This document shows, in pieces, positions 38,033 through 51,012 of a DNA stretch of 64,000 bases. Location: the NCBI RefSeq assembly GCF_963921235.1, contig NC_086108.1, positions 56,608,001 through 56,672,000 of the forward strand. Reading direction: 5' to 3'. Under the pieces are notes generated by a model. The model was not told the DNA's origin. It made no database searches and worked only from the letters and a program-made list of their open reading frames with translations. Every line of letters starts with the position of its first letter. Positions within the stretch are counted from its first letter, which is position 1. The translations under genes were made by a program, and so were the position numbers. The stretch is from Mobula hypostoma. Taxonomy: Eukaryota.

Positions 38033-39709
38033 GGTTGCTGATGCAATCCTCTAGTGCTGTGGTAGTTACCATATAATAATAGGCATATTACATGATATGA
38101 GCATCATGGCAATGTCTGGGAATTCAGGGAGAACTACCAGTTTTTCATCCACAAATCATTGTGTTTCCCCACCTAGTCTTTCTGAATATGGTCTCCTTGA
38201 ATGGGGCCAATCAATCTCCATGCTTGTAGTAACACTAAAGGAATCAGTTTTATTTTGCAATTTCTCTGCAGAATTGCACAGATAGAGAATACACCTAAGA
38301 ATCAACCTAATTTCTTGACATGTGTTACATGAACTTATATATTTCCTTTTAAATAACCCATTGGCCTATTTTGGATCTTGAGATGATTGTGTGGTTTCAT
38401 TTTAATGTAAGCTTCAACCGCAGGGTCAGGAAATGACATGAAATAGCACAAACGGAAATAAACTACGGCACAAACATTATATAAGAAATAAATGATTAAT
38501 GATTAAATGTCACTGTTTTAAGCATTAATCAATAACATTTTATTGAAAAGGTCAAATAAAATTCTTACGATATTAAGAAAATGAGAAAGAGCCATTTTTA
38601 ACTAATAGTAATACCCTGGAGAGATGACGTCACTCTGAACACTGACCTAATTTTTGTTAGAACATCTACACAAAATATTCCTACTTATTAAGCTTAATAT
38701 TTCCTGTATTGGGTGGTTAGACATTTATTCATCAGTAGGTTTGAACTTGTGAGTTGCCAGAGAAAAACCTTGACAACTGATGAACTCAGTTGCCTAGATT
38801 TTCCACTCTCGTAATACTAACAGAAGTGTGTCAGGGTGGGACTTCCACCCAATCTTCAAGTTTGACAGACAGCCAGCTCATTTAAACCTCTGCCGTTGAT
38901 GTTCCCAAGAATGGCTGCGAAAAGAATGAGGCTAGCTACCCCACCCCATAAAACGTAGAGCTACAGAAATGCCAGGAGAAGCTCCAAAGACCTCATCCCT
39001 GGGACAGGAATAGAAGGCACATCGGGGACACCTTGCAAGACTGGCCCAGGACAGAGGACTCTGGTGAGCTTCGGCCAGCATCCAGTGCCCCAGTAGGGGT
39101 GATGGGCTTAACGCTCTCCTCATTTAAACATTGCTGAGTGTACAGACACATTAATCACTTCACACTGAGTAGGGGCAGGGATGTGACACACTGCAAGGTT
39201 GGAGGTCATGCAGTAATCAGGGAGTGGCTATCCAGGCAAGTCTACCAAGGAAAGGAAGATTCAATTCAGGGTCTGAATCATATATTTCCATAATATTGAG
39301 CAGAAATTCTCACATAGCAAATAGATATAAGCAGAGGCTCTGTATTTGTGCTGACAGTGGTAGTGTGGGGCATTATCAGGGAGACACCAATGTGGTAAGT
39401 GGCCCTTGCAGTCTCTTTCCCTGCGATCCCTCTCCAGACAAACAAATAATGTGAAAAATATCTAAATGTGAGATTCTAAAGGATGAATAAGGTATTGCAA
39501 CCTCAAGTACACTGTCCCAAAGGATACTGTATGACTTATTCCATCATCACTTATATAATTCTTCGCCTGATTTTTGCTACTTTCTTATTACTGCTCCATA
39601 TCTACCTATTCATCTTATTTCATTATCTAGACTTTATGCTTCCATGTGAAAGGCACATGGATTTCATGCTGTTGCAAACAGCAGGTGTTGGTATCATTGA
39701 TGATCTATT

Positions 39710-42670
39710 ATAAGATATAGGAGCAGAATTAGAGCATTTGGCTAATCAAGTCTGCTCTGCAATTCCATCATGTCCGATTCATTACCTCTTTCAACTCCAT
39801 TCTCCTGTCTTCTCACCATAACCTTTAATAGCCTTTATTAATCAGGAACCTATCAACCTCTGCTTAAATATACTCAATCACTTGACCAGTCATCTGTGGC
39901 AATGAATTTCACAGATTCACCACCATCTGGGTAAAGAAATTCCTCCTCATTTATGTTCTAAAGGAACGTCCTTCTATTCTGAGGCTGTTCCACCTCACCC
40001 TAGATTCCCCCACTATAGGAAACAGCATCTCCACATCCACTCTGTCTAGGCTTTTCAATATTTGCTAGATTTCAAGGAAATCTTCCTTCATTCTTGTAAA
40101 CTCCAGCAAGTATAGGCCCAGAATCATCAAACGCACCTGATACCTTAACCCTTTCATTCCCAAAACATTCTTGTGAACCTCCGCTGGATCCTCTCCAATG
40201 CCAGAACATCCTTTCTTAGATCATCATCATCATCTGGCCGTGCCCAGTTTGAGCTTTGACTGCCATGGCCAACACACTCCTGTTGCAGGTCAAGTGGATC
40301 AGTTCATTGGTATTCATTTCCAGTTCTCTGGCTGCTGTCTCCATCATCATTTGTCTTTGTCTTCCTCTTGCTTTCTTCCCTTCAATCTTTCCCATAATTA
40401 CTGTGCATTCTAACTCCTCTTTCCTAATCACATGTCCAATGAAGTTACATTGCCTTTTCATGATTTCATACATTATTTCTCTTTTTGTGTTTGCTCTGTT
40501 CATGACATCCTCGTTAGATATTCGCTTTGTCCATGATATTCATTGCATTCTTCTCAAAAACCACATCTCTGCTGCTTCAATTCATTTCCTCATGTTACTA
40601 GGTATTGTCCAACATTTTGAGCCATATAACATAACTGGATAAACGTAACATTTCAGTACTCTGAGGTGGGTTGTCATGCCTAGTTTAGTGTTGGTCAGTA
40701 TATTCTTCATTCTCGTAAAGGTGTCTTTTGCCATCCCTATTCTTCTTTTGATGTCCATGTCGCACCTGCCAACTGATGTCACCCAGCTTCCTAAGTAGCA
40801 AAAGTTCTTTACTTGTTTTATGTCTTCCCCATTTATTCTCAGCCTGAAGATAGCATTCTCCTTCTTTTTGGATATCACCATACATTGTCTTTTTGCAATT
40901 GATGGATAGACCCATTTTTGCACTTTCCTCAAGAATTATATCAATTAAGTTTTGTAGTTCTTCCTCCATACTTGCAACTAACACAGTGTCATCTGCATAT
41001 CTGAAATTATTGATGTTTTCACTGCCAACTTTGATTCCCAAGATTTCTCTTATTTTTTGTAATATTGTTTCACTGTACACGTTAAATAAATCAGGGGAGA
41101 AAACACACCCTTGTCTAACGCCTCTCTTGATTTTCGTAAATGGACTCACTTTTCCATCTATTCTTACACCGGCAGTTTGTTCCCAGTACAGATTTCTGAT
41201 TAGGCGGAGGTCTTTCGAATCTAGATCTAGAGTTTTCTGTAATATTTCAAATAACTTATTGTGCTTCACTTTATCAAACGCTTTTGTGTAGTCGATAAAA
41301 CAAACAAACAAATCTTTTTGCACTTGAATAGCTCGTTCTGATGGTATCCTTAACATCAATTTTGCATTTCTTGTACCTTTGTCTTTCACAAAACCACACT
41401 GTTCTTTACCTATTTCAGCTTGTATCTTACTTTTAGCTCATCATCAAAATTCTTAGAAGTATCTTGGATAAGGGGCCCAAAACTGGTTTCAATACTCCAA
41501 GTGATATCTGACCAATGCCTTTCTCAAGCTTCAGCATAATGTCCTTGCTTTTATACTCTAGTCCTCTCAAAATAAATGCTAACATTGCATTTGCCTTCCT
41601 ATTGCCAACTCAACCCACAAGTTAGCATTTAAGGAATCCTGCACACATCTGATGTCTGAATTTTTTCCCTATTAGAAAATAGCCAAAGCCTTTTTTTCCT
41701 TCCACAAAAGTGTACAACCATTCACTTCCCTGCGCTCTATTCCATCTGCCACTTCTATGCCCATTCTCCTAATCTGTCTAAAACCTTCTACAGACTCCCT
41801 GAACACTACCTGTCCCTCCAACTATCTTTGTATCATCTTCAAACTTGGCCACAAAGCCATCAATTCTGTACTTCAAAGCATTGGCATATAACATGAAAAG
41901 AAGTTTTCAATACCGATTCCTGTGGAACACCACTAGTCACCAGCAGCCAACCAGAAAAGACCCCTGTTATTTCCATTCTTTGCCTCTTGCCAGCCTGCTG
42001 ATCTATCCATGCTAGTATCTTTTCTGTATTACAGGAAAAATGTCAGTGGATGTTGTTCACTTGGATTTTCAGAAGGCCTTTGACAAATAACCACACACGA
42101 GGCAGCTAAACAAGATAAGAGCCCATGGTATTATTGCTTATCAGACTCACATGCGGCACCTTGTCAAAGGCCTTCTGAAAATCCAAGTAAACAACATCCA
42201 CTAACATTACTTTGTCCATCCTGCCTGTTATTTCCTCAAAGAATTGCAACAGGCAAGATTTCCCCTTAACAAAATCATGCTGATTTTGGCCTATTTCATC
42301 ATGGGCCTCCAAGTACACTGAAGCCACGTACTTAATAATCGATTCCAACATCTTACCAACCACTGAAGTTAGACTAACTGGCCCATAATTTCTTTTCTTC
42401 TGCCTCCCTCCCTTCTTAAAGAGTAGAGTGACATTTGCAATTTTCCAGTTTTCTGGAGCCGTTGCAGAATTTAATGATACTTGAAAGATCATTGATCATA
42501 CCTCTACAATCTCTCCAGCAACCTCTTTTAGAACTGAGGGGTGTAATCCATCTGGTCTGGATGACTTACCTACCTTAAAACCTTTCAGTTTCCCAAGCAC
42601 CTTCTCCCTAATTATGGCAACTACACTCACTTTATCCCCATGATACTCTTGAATTTATGGCATAATGCTG
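39710..42670 (-). mobile_element. CR1 LINE (RT to tail) interrupted by an RTE element
   Basis: ORF 42106-42492(-): WKIANVTLLFKKG, YLDFQKAFDKVPH; tail near 39710. Confidence 0.88.
40222..41461 (-). mobile_element. RTE-clade LINE, 5'-truncated, fairly young
   Basis: ORF 40685-41389(-): FVCFIDYTKAFDKV, GVRQGCVFSPDLFNVY, FRYADDTVL. (GAT)n tail at 40222-40233. Flanks TCTTAGAT / TCTTGGAT. Confidence 0.92.
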
Positions 42671-42890
42671 GTGTCTTTGAAACACGCACCCTTTTTCAGG
42701 AAGGACTGCACACTAACAGCTCTCCGGTCATTTGTGAGAAAAGGCATAGTGAATGAGGTGAAGTGAGGGTCTGTGTGGGAAGACATGCCTAGTGCAATAG
42801 TCAGGAAACAACAAAAAAGGCCAATATGCACATGCAGCAAGTGATTAATAATGCAAATGATTAGTTAACCTTCATTATGATAGTTCTTTT

Positions 42891-43560
42891 TAGATTATGA
42901 GAACACTCAGTCCTCATTTATTGTCATTTAGAAATGCTACATTAAAAAATGATACAACGTTCCTCCAGAATGATATCACAAGAAAACACAGGAAAAACCA
43001 AGACTAAAACTGACAAAACCACCTAACTCTAACATATAGTTACAACAGTGCAAAGCAATACCATAATTTGATAAAGAGCAGACCATGGGCACGGTAAAAA
43101 AAAGTCTCAAAATCCAATAGCCTCATCATCTCATGCAGGCAGCAGAAGGGAGGAACTCTCCCGCCATGAACCTCCAAGCGCCGCCAACTTGCCGATGCAG
43201 CACCATTGGAAGCACCCGACCGCAGCGGACTCTGAGTCTGTCCGAAAACTTCGAGCCTCTGACCAGCCCCTCCAACACAGCTTCTCTGAGCACCATACTC
43301 TGTGGAGCGCTTTGACCCCGCCCCGGCCACCGAGCAACAAGCAAAGCCGAGGACTCTGGACCTTCTTCAGAGATTCTCTACCACACAGTAGCAGCAGCAG
43401 CAAAGCAGGCGTTTCAGAAGTTTCACCAGATGTTCCTCCGTGCTCTCACGTCCGTCTCCATCAAATCAGGATTGTGCACGGCACCATACTTGACAAATAA
43501 CAGACATCACCACTGGAGTGGCCGCTGCAAGCTATATCGCGTCGCCATCTTCTCTTCTCT
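42891..43560 (-). mobile_element. Non-autonomous retroposon copy 3 (full length)
   Basis: End-to-end homology with 26192-26844; head GAAGATGGCGACG. Confidence 0.88.
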
Positions 43561-43572
43561 ATTTGATTATAG

Positions 43573-44320
43573 TGTAATGCCCTGGTTCATATTTTTACTG
43601 TTATGCTGTATGTATTTCATTTTGGCAGTTCTGTAAGAGCAGTCTGTTCTGTTTTCATGCTTGTTTGGGTTATTGTTTAAGATAAGAGATGAGAAGAAAT
43701 GTGTCCATCCAATTAGGATGGTTGAATCTAGGGAGGTTTCTCTGGTGAGGGACACCAAGGCTGGGCTTGGGGCTTTTGTTCAAGAGGAGATGAAGAGAGA
43801 GGATGTTGGGGAGAACCAGTCATAGCATATGATCCGGTGAGAGACCCGTTTGTTTGAGGTGGATTGAGAGCGACGTTCAGAAGATGGTGTGTGCTTTCAC
43901 ATTGACCAAGGGCCCAGTGTGTGAGTGATAGAGAAGTTCAAGATGAACTCCAACTTGTGCACATTTGACTGTTTAATTAGAATGGGCCCTTTTCTTTGTC
44001 TGTTATTTCGTGGCACTAATTTGTAACAGGGTAGCAAATTACACAGTGTTGTTTATGTGGCCTGGTTACACAACAATGCTATTATTAAAAATGCCAGAGA
44101 TGGGAGCTAAGGTTCATGGTTCTTTACTGACAGAAACTGAACTCGGCACACACGTACAGATCAATACGTGCCTAATAGCGCATGCAACGACGTGTTACTA
44201 AAACATAAAGTAGTCCCTTATTATACTGTCACCTATATGGTACACACAGCATCCATACAAACAGGGGTTTGGGGTGGGATCGGCCTTCTCAATCTTACTA
44301 GTTTGGCAGGGCTTGAATAG
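43573..44320 (+). mobile_element. Possible solo-LTR-like insertion in an old CR1
   Basis: Starts TGTAAT and interrupts CR1-like sequence (..TTTGATTATAG | GGAATAAGGAAGTC..). No clean CA end or TSD found. Confidence 0.4.
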
Positions 44321-44324
44321 GGAT

Positions 44325-44885
44325 ACAGGAATAAGGAAGTCTCATTGCTATTGTATAGAGCTTTGATGAGACTCTATCAGAAGTATCATTTCCAGTTTTA
44401 TTCCAAAGAAAGAACCTACTCTTAACACAGGAAGTGCAATAAAGATTTACTGTGGCAGGGCAGCTATAAAAGAAGAGATTTTTTAGACTGGGATTAGATT
44501 CACCAGCGTTTAGAGGAATAACAGATGATCTCATTGAAACTTGTAAAATACATAAATTACTTGACAGGCTAATTTTCAGGAAAGGCGTTTCCTCTGACTG
44601 AAGAGGGTAGGACAAGGGACACATTTCTGGAATACGGGGTATGCTATTTAGGACTAATATTAGGAGAAATTTCTTCACTTATATTGTGTTAAACTTTTGG
44701 AATTCTCAACCCCAGAAGGTTGCAGAGATTTAATTTCAAAGCACAAATTGATAAAATTCTTGACAATAAGAGAATTAAGGGATAGAAATTATTTCAAAAT
44801 AGCACACATATCAGCCACCATCTTAATGAATGGCAGAGCAGACTCAAAGAGTTGGTTGACTTCCTTCTGGTGTTGCTATGTTGTT
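44325..44885 (+). mobile_element. Old CR1 3' fragment
   Basis: GATCTCATTGAAACTTGTAAAAT; GGAGAAATTTCTTCACT; TGGAATTCTC; CR1-type tail. Confidence 0.7.
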
Positions 44886-46810
44886 ACAGTTGCCTTAAGG
44901 TCACTGCCCTCCTTCTACAGCCAGTATGAAATGCTACACTGCTAGAAAAAATGCAGAAGAAAATTACTGACAAATGGACAAAGTGTATAACTGTATCAAG
45001 GGTTCTATTCTCACAAAACTCTGTAACAGTACTGATGTAACCAGAGCCTGACTTGTGATTCCTTGGGTTGTCAACTGATCATTTCTCTTCAGAATGCAAC
45101 ACAATTTTTCTTGGACTCTTTGTTCTAAAGAAAGATAATTGATCAGAAATGTTGGCTCACTTTCTCTCTCTACAAATGCTTGCTGATGTGTTGAGTATTT
45201 TCAACATTTTATTCCATCCATAAGCAAAACTAGTTATAGAATAATGATAAGTAGGTAGTGAGGTGCCCCTTTCTGGTCCTATTATCTTTCTGCCTCTGTG
45301 GCTCATGAGTATGTTTTGTGCTTGTGTGGCATACAGAGCAGAGTAGTTTGGTAGTCATACATCTCAAAAACTTTTAGTCATTACTTTAACTGGTTTTAAT
45401 GCAAAGGTCAAAAATTCTGTAAGTTTCTGATGTCATTATTTGCCTTGCTTCTAGTGCTTGTAGTAAGCCTTTTTCGGTCAGGTTATGGAAAGATCATGAA
45501 TAGCCACAGTTTCTGAGTCCGCTCTTACTCCTTTTTCCGATTGAGGTATTTGAGCTTCACAGTTCTCCTGCCAGCCCAGACATTGGTGCTCCAATAATTT
45601 GAAGTTAAACAATTAAGGATCCTCTCTGTTGGTCATCCTTGATATGTTGAGGATTATCCATGATGACTTATCAAGAAAATCTTGAAGAGATATTCCTGCA
45701 ACAGAACATGCCAGGTTGTCCAACAGGTTAAATATATAATACCAATTGTTTTGATCCACATTGTGTATTGAGTGGACACTCATTGTTATTGAAGTCAACA
45801 ATAATGGATCTACCCTCAACTTCTGCCTTTTCTGATTCATTTCTGTTTCTGAAAACTCTTTCCTTTCAATTTCAATGAATACCATCCCTAAAGTTTATGA
45901 ATCATCATGAAAAAGAGTAAATCTGATCTCAAGAGCATTTTTCCTATGTTAACTTCTATTGATGTTCTGATAAAAACCTGTTAGTCTTGGTGCTGACTAC
46001 ATGTTTTGTCAAGTATGACAATGTGGTTCATAGATTTGTTTCTATGACCTTTCCAGCCCTTCCTCCGTTTCAAGGTATTGATCACCATATTTCTGTTGGG
46101 CTCAATTTTGGTTCTGAAAAATTAGTATGTTTGTTACCCCAAAAAATGATTCAGTACCTTTATCTTTTCTTCCAAATTTCTTTATGGAGCTTCTGCTTCA
46201 ATAATCAGCCAAAAAGCACTTCCATGATTCCAGTCTTTGGCCTTCTTTTTCTTTCCTTTCCATTTTACTTTGGTTCAGACTCATCTTCATCTTCTTTTAG
46301 CATGCTCACCTTTCCAGACTCCAGATTGTCTGTGTTTGCTGTGCTTTGACTGCTTTGCCGTTAGCACTGTGACCTAATTTCTGATAGTATAAACATCAAG
46401 TTACTCTGATAGATCTGAATAGTTTCCTTGACGAAGATAACAGTCTTTTCTTGTCTTATTGCTTCACATGGCCTAGATCTGATGTACAAACCCTTTTTCA
46501 TTCAAGGCATACATGTGCATATCTGTCTCCTGCATCCTAAATGGAAATTCTCTTTTCAAATACAATGTATTTAAGAACTTTGTCTGAAACATGCTTGTCG
46601 ACAAGTCAACAAACAAAGCAATCTCATACGATATTCCCTGCGAATACTTTAAAGTTAAGTTAGCACAAAAAATCATTTAATTCATTGTTTCCCTAAGTTT
46701 TTAATTGTGAGGTACAAAAATGTAACTTTCAGTATTTTCTGAGGGTAATTGATTAAAGTTGTGAATAAACTCTTCTGAGACTTCAAGTCAGGTGTAGGTA
46801 TCAATTGTAA

Positions 46811-46849
46811 CTGACGATTCAATGACAAAGTCTGCCATCTTCTTCAGGG
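46811..46849 (-). ncRNA. Decayed hammerhead motif of a second Penelope-like family
   Basis: Minus strand: CTGAAGA-A-GATGGCA-GACTT-TGTCATT-GAAT-CGTC. 7-bp stem II; GAAA mutated to GAAT. Confidence 0.55.
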
Positions 46850-48014
46850 ATGATGCCAAGGCATGTGCAGTCCACTGGTATTTATACCACTGTTTATTTG
46901 TCATATATGCCGGGAAAGCACTAGATCTTTTTTGATTAAAGTGGCCCCATAATATTACAGCAACTGTGTTGAACTGGGTTGCAAGGTATTTGTAGATAAA
47001 CTAACATGTCATAATTATCCTGGCCTATTTCCACTAGCAGGGCAGACTTCTTATACTCCCATCTGCCACCTCTGTTGCATTATTAACATGGAAAAATAAT
47101 TCCAAAAAGATACCAAGCATTTCCTGCTTCTTTGTGTACTCTCTGATTTCTATTAGCCTGCCATTTTACATAACTTTATGTTTGTTTCTTAGATACATCT
47201 CTGGACTTGCTGCACTTGCTTGCAATGTTCTCAAATTCACACACTTTCTCTAGTCCCGACTTTTCATAGGGACCGATGCTTATTACCATTGTCCGGGTTG
47301 TCTGCGCACCCTAGTGAGTGAAGAGCCAATCAAAGTCAAACACACTTCTGAAGGAGCAAACACACGTGACTGTTTATTCCAGCAGACACTCTAAATTGAA
47401 CCAACGTCTTTGTAGACATTGGTCCAAAACCTGGAAATAATCAGCGGATCAGACAACTTTTACAGGTAAGTACTACAGAGAGCTATTGATGATATGATTC
47501 TGCTGAATGAGGTAGTAAGCTTAAAGTACAGATATTCTGTAAAACCCATTACTAGGTATGTTACAGGATCGGTTTATAAGTAAATGTTGTGAGGTAAAAT
47601 AGCAGACCATATTGTCGTATCCTGTCAGTGCCAATTTCCTTTATCTCACTCCAGAGTTTTCTTTCATAGGTCCCAACAACTTTTTCTCTCTTGAGGGTAA
47701 CCTTACTAAAATGGCAAGCTATCCTTTTGTCTCATTTTACAATACTCTTGTCTTCTTTCGGCTTGACTATCCTAAACCATCAATGGAAAACATCGTTTAA
47801 AAACTGGAGTAAAATCATATGTGTAGCACATTACATGACACTGAATTCTGTGAGCCAAAACTTTAAACTGATGTTTCCTCCCTTATTGCCAGCCATGACA
47901 CTTTCTAGATTGTGCAGTACTTCCTTAGTATGGCCTAGCAGTGGATGCCGCTTTTCAAGGGAGCTGTGAGGGAAAACTGTCAATGGACAGTTGAAAAGCT
48001 GATCCAACAAATGC

Positions 48015-48147
48015 CAAACACAAAAGATTCTGTAGATGCTGGAAATTTTAAGCAACACACGTGATGAAGAGTCGCAGCCCACAACATCAGCTGTTTTTTC
48101 CCCTCCATAGATGCAGCCTGACTTGCTGAGTTCCTCCAACAAATGTT
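48015..48147. mobile_element. Short Penelope terminal fragments in inverted arrangement
   Basis: TCTGTAGATGCTGGAAAT..GCAACACAC joined to TGATGAAG..ATGCAGCCTGACTTGCTGAGTTCCTCCA. Confidence 0.7.
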
Positions 48148-48247
48148 GTCAGGTTTAGCTCTATAGTACATCAGTGGACAGAAATCTAAATTCATTAGTT
48201 TAAAATACAGGATTTCCATTAAGATTTTGCACATGTGCACTATTTTT

Positions 48248-48800
48248 TAAGATAAGATAAGATAAAACTTTATTTATCCTGAAGGAAATTATTGTTGCAA
48301 GGTTATTCAGTTAGAGATATACACTTTAAAATACAAAATGTAAGCATTGAGATATGAAACAGAATACAAAATGTGTATTAAAAAGTAATAGTGCAAAATA
48401 CAGACGTGCAATGAAACCATACACTGATATATGTGAGGAGGACGAGTTGTAGAGTATGATAGCCACAGGGTGAAAGGATCTCCTCTGGTGTTCAGTGGTG
48501 CACCCCGGTGAAATCAGTCTTCCACTAAAGCTGCTCCTCTGTTTGTCCAGCATGTCATGGAGGGTGTGAGAGGGATTGTCCATAATGCTCCGTAGCTTCT
48601 GCAGCATTCTCCTGTCAGACACAATCACCAAGGAATCCAGTTCCACCCCCAGAACAGAACCAGCCTTCCTGATGAGTTTATTGATCTTCTTGGCGTCAGC
48701 AGACTACAGTGTAGAGTAGAAGGCTGGCCACCACTGAGTCATAGAACGTCTGCAACATAGCACTGCAGACGTTGAATAACTGGAGTCTCCTCAGGAAGGA
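48248..48800 (-). mobile_element. Rex1/Babar LINE 3' fragment
   Basis: LYLLRRLQ, KLIRKAGSVLG, IMDNPSHTLH, RRSFHPVAIILYN; (TAAGA)n tail at 48248-48264. Confidence 0.85.
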
Positions 48801-48809
48801 GATATAACT

Positions 48810-49105
48810 GGAAGGTAAATCTAAAGGATGTCCTTTTAAGATGAACGAAGAAAAGTTTTGGAAGATATCAGAGGTTGGTTTTTACACGAGAGTTGTGAGT
48901 GCCCCAAATCACTGTCAGGGTGGTAGCTGAGGCTCTACATTAGGGACATTTAAGAGATTCTTAGATAGGCACATGGATAAAAGAAAAATAGAGGGTTATG
49001 GGTTATGTAGCTGGGAGGGATTCGATTGATTATGAAGTAGGCTTATAAATTGGCAGAACATCTGGACCAAGGGGCTCATGTTGTGCTGTATTTTTCTGCG
49101 TTCTG
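48810..49105 (+). mobile_element. CR1 3' end fragment
   Basis: TTTTTACACGAGAGT; GGGACATTTAAGAGATTCTTAGATAGGCACATGGAT. Confidence 0.75.
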
Positions 49106-49449
49106 TGTAATGAAAATGTTGTTACCAATTTACTGTGTCCTTGACAGTTGACATACTAACCATGAGGTTATGTTGTAATGAAAAGTCACAGTTATTAAGC
49201 CTATTGTGGTCAATGTGTCGTAGATTGAGGTTAACACTTAGCACACAGCTAATACCACTTAGAGAAGTTAAAAATGTTAATCAGTTTGATTGAAAATCAT
49301 CATAAAAATTAATTTTAACAGTATCAGTAGAAGGCAGAATTTTTTGAAGGTATTATTCAAAAGATTAAGATATGCTATGGCATTTAAATAGAAATCCATA
49401 TTTTTGATGAATTATTTCAGAGAAGCCTAAAGGAACAGAAATCTTTTAT

Positions 49450-50045
49450 AGACCACAAGACCATAAGACATAGAAGCAGAATTAGGCCATTTGGCTCATC
49501 TGCCATGGCTGATCATTTTTTTCCCTCCTCAGCCTTCCCACTCCCCAGCCTTCTTCCCGTAACCTATGATGCCATGTCCAGCCAAAAACCTATCAAGCTC
49601 TGCCTTAAATACATCCAACGATCTGGCCTCAACAGCTGTCTGTGGTAATAAATTCCACAAATTCACCACCCTCTGGCTAAAGAAATTTCTCCGCATCTCT
49701 GTTTTAAATAGATGCTCCTCTATCCAGAGGCCGTGCCCTTTTGCTCCAGATTCTCCCTCCATGGGAAACATCCTTCTCCAATGCCAGCACATCTTTTCTT
49801 AGATGAGGAGCCCAAAACTGTTCAAAATACTCAAGGTGAGATCTCACCAGTGCCTTATAAAGCCTCAACATCACATCCTGCTCTTGTATTCTAGACCGCT
49901 TGAAATGAATGCTAACATTGCATTTGCCTTCCTCACCACTGACTCAACATGCAGGTTAACTTCTAGGATGTTCTACATAAGGACTCCCAGGTCCCTTTGC
50001 ATCTCAGATTTTTGGATTTTCTCCCCATTTAGAAAATAATCTGCA
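49450..50045 (-). mobile_element. CR1 3' fragment with internal deletion
   Basis: EMRRNFFSQRVVNLWNLLP; (AGACCAT/AAGAC)n tail. Confidence 0.85.
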
Positions 50046-50689
50046 CATGCTAGCAGTGAAACTGAGCTTGAATTAAAAATAAGTCAGTATGGCAATATTC
50101 ATTCCAAGAATCCAACATATGAAGTTCCAAACTAAGTTTAACGGGCTCAGTATTTGCATTGTTACTCCCTTTTAAAAGTCATGAAATCAGAGATCATGAT
50201 AGTTACAGCATGCTTAATATGAATATGAAAACTCCTGTAATTCTCTCTCTGGTCCATTGTTGGTGAGACTTTGAACACTTACTTTTGCACTTGATTAATA
50301 TATTGAATTTAAATTGAAGTCCATATTTTTGACGACTTCTAAACTTGGAGATATGTTTTCATGCATTGTAGAAGTATTGTCCCTCTCTCCTACTGTAGAT
50401 GTAGACTAAGAGAAGGTGCCGGAAGGAAGTGACACCATGGCTCCACATGTGTGGTTAATTCAGACCACACATGATTGGATAGAACTTGAACTTGCTGGAA
50501 GAACCAATCACTCAGTTTAGGATTGAAAATACAAGATAATGCATTATTAATTATAACACTGCAATAGATTGAGAGGGTATTACAGGAATAGAAAAATAAT
50601 CTGGTAATCCTGTGAGTTGTTTTCTTTCTGCTGAAATGTTTAAATGGAGGGTAGTACAAAGGGATCAGGGAATCCTGGTACATGATATA

Positions 50690-51012
50690 CAAAATGTTAG
50701 CATCCGATTAGGAATACCAAGAAAATGTTGAATGTTTTGATTCAGATAGGTGACTTTGTATCTGGAATACTCCATTCAATTTTAATCTCAGCGTTAAAGG
50801 AGGATATACTGGACTTGCATTGGAGGCAATGCAGAGAAGATTCACTAGGCTGATTTTTGAGTTAAGGATTTAGTGCGTAAAAAGAAGTTGAAAACATTAG
50901 CTTATTTTGATTGTAGCTTAGAATTAATTATAAGAAAATAACTTATTGAAAGATTAGATTCTCAGTGAGATTGATATTATTGATATCGAGAAAACATTTC
51001 CCCCAGTAGGGG
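50690..51012 (+). mobile_element. Old CR1 3' fragment, left half of the ERV target site
   Basis: AAGGAGGATATACT..TTGGAGGCAATGCAGAGAAGATTCACTAGG..TTTCCCCCAGTAGGGG; continues at 57085. Confidence 0.75.

Noticed and set aside
38825..39192. 9-bp inverted repeat AGTGTGTCA / TGACACACT as transposon termini
   Set aside because: No TSD found; the interior includes an RTE-like 3' end; could be chance.
47193..47465. Coding exon ending at the strong donor CAG|GTAAGT (47465)
   Set aside because: All three frames from the best upstream acceptor contain stops; no supporting homology.
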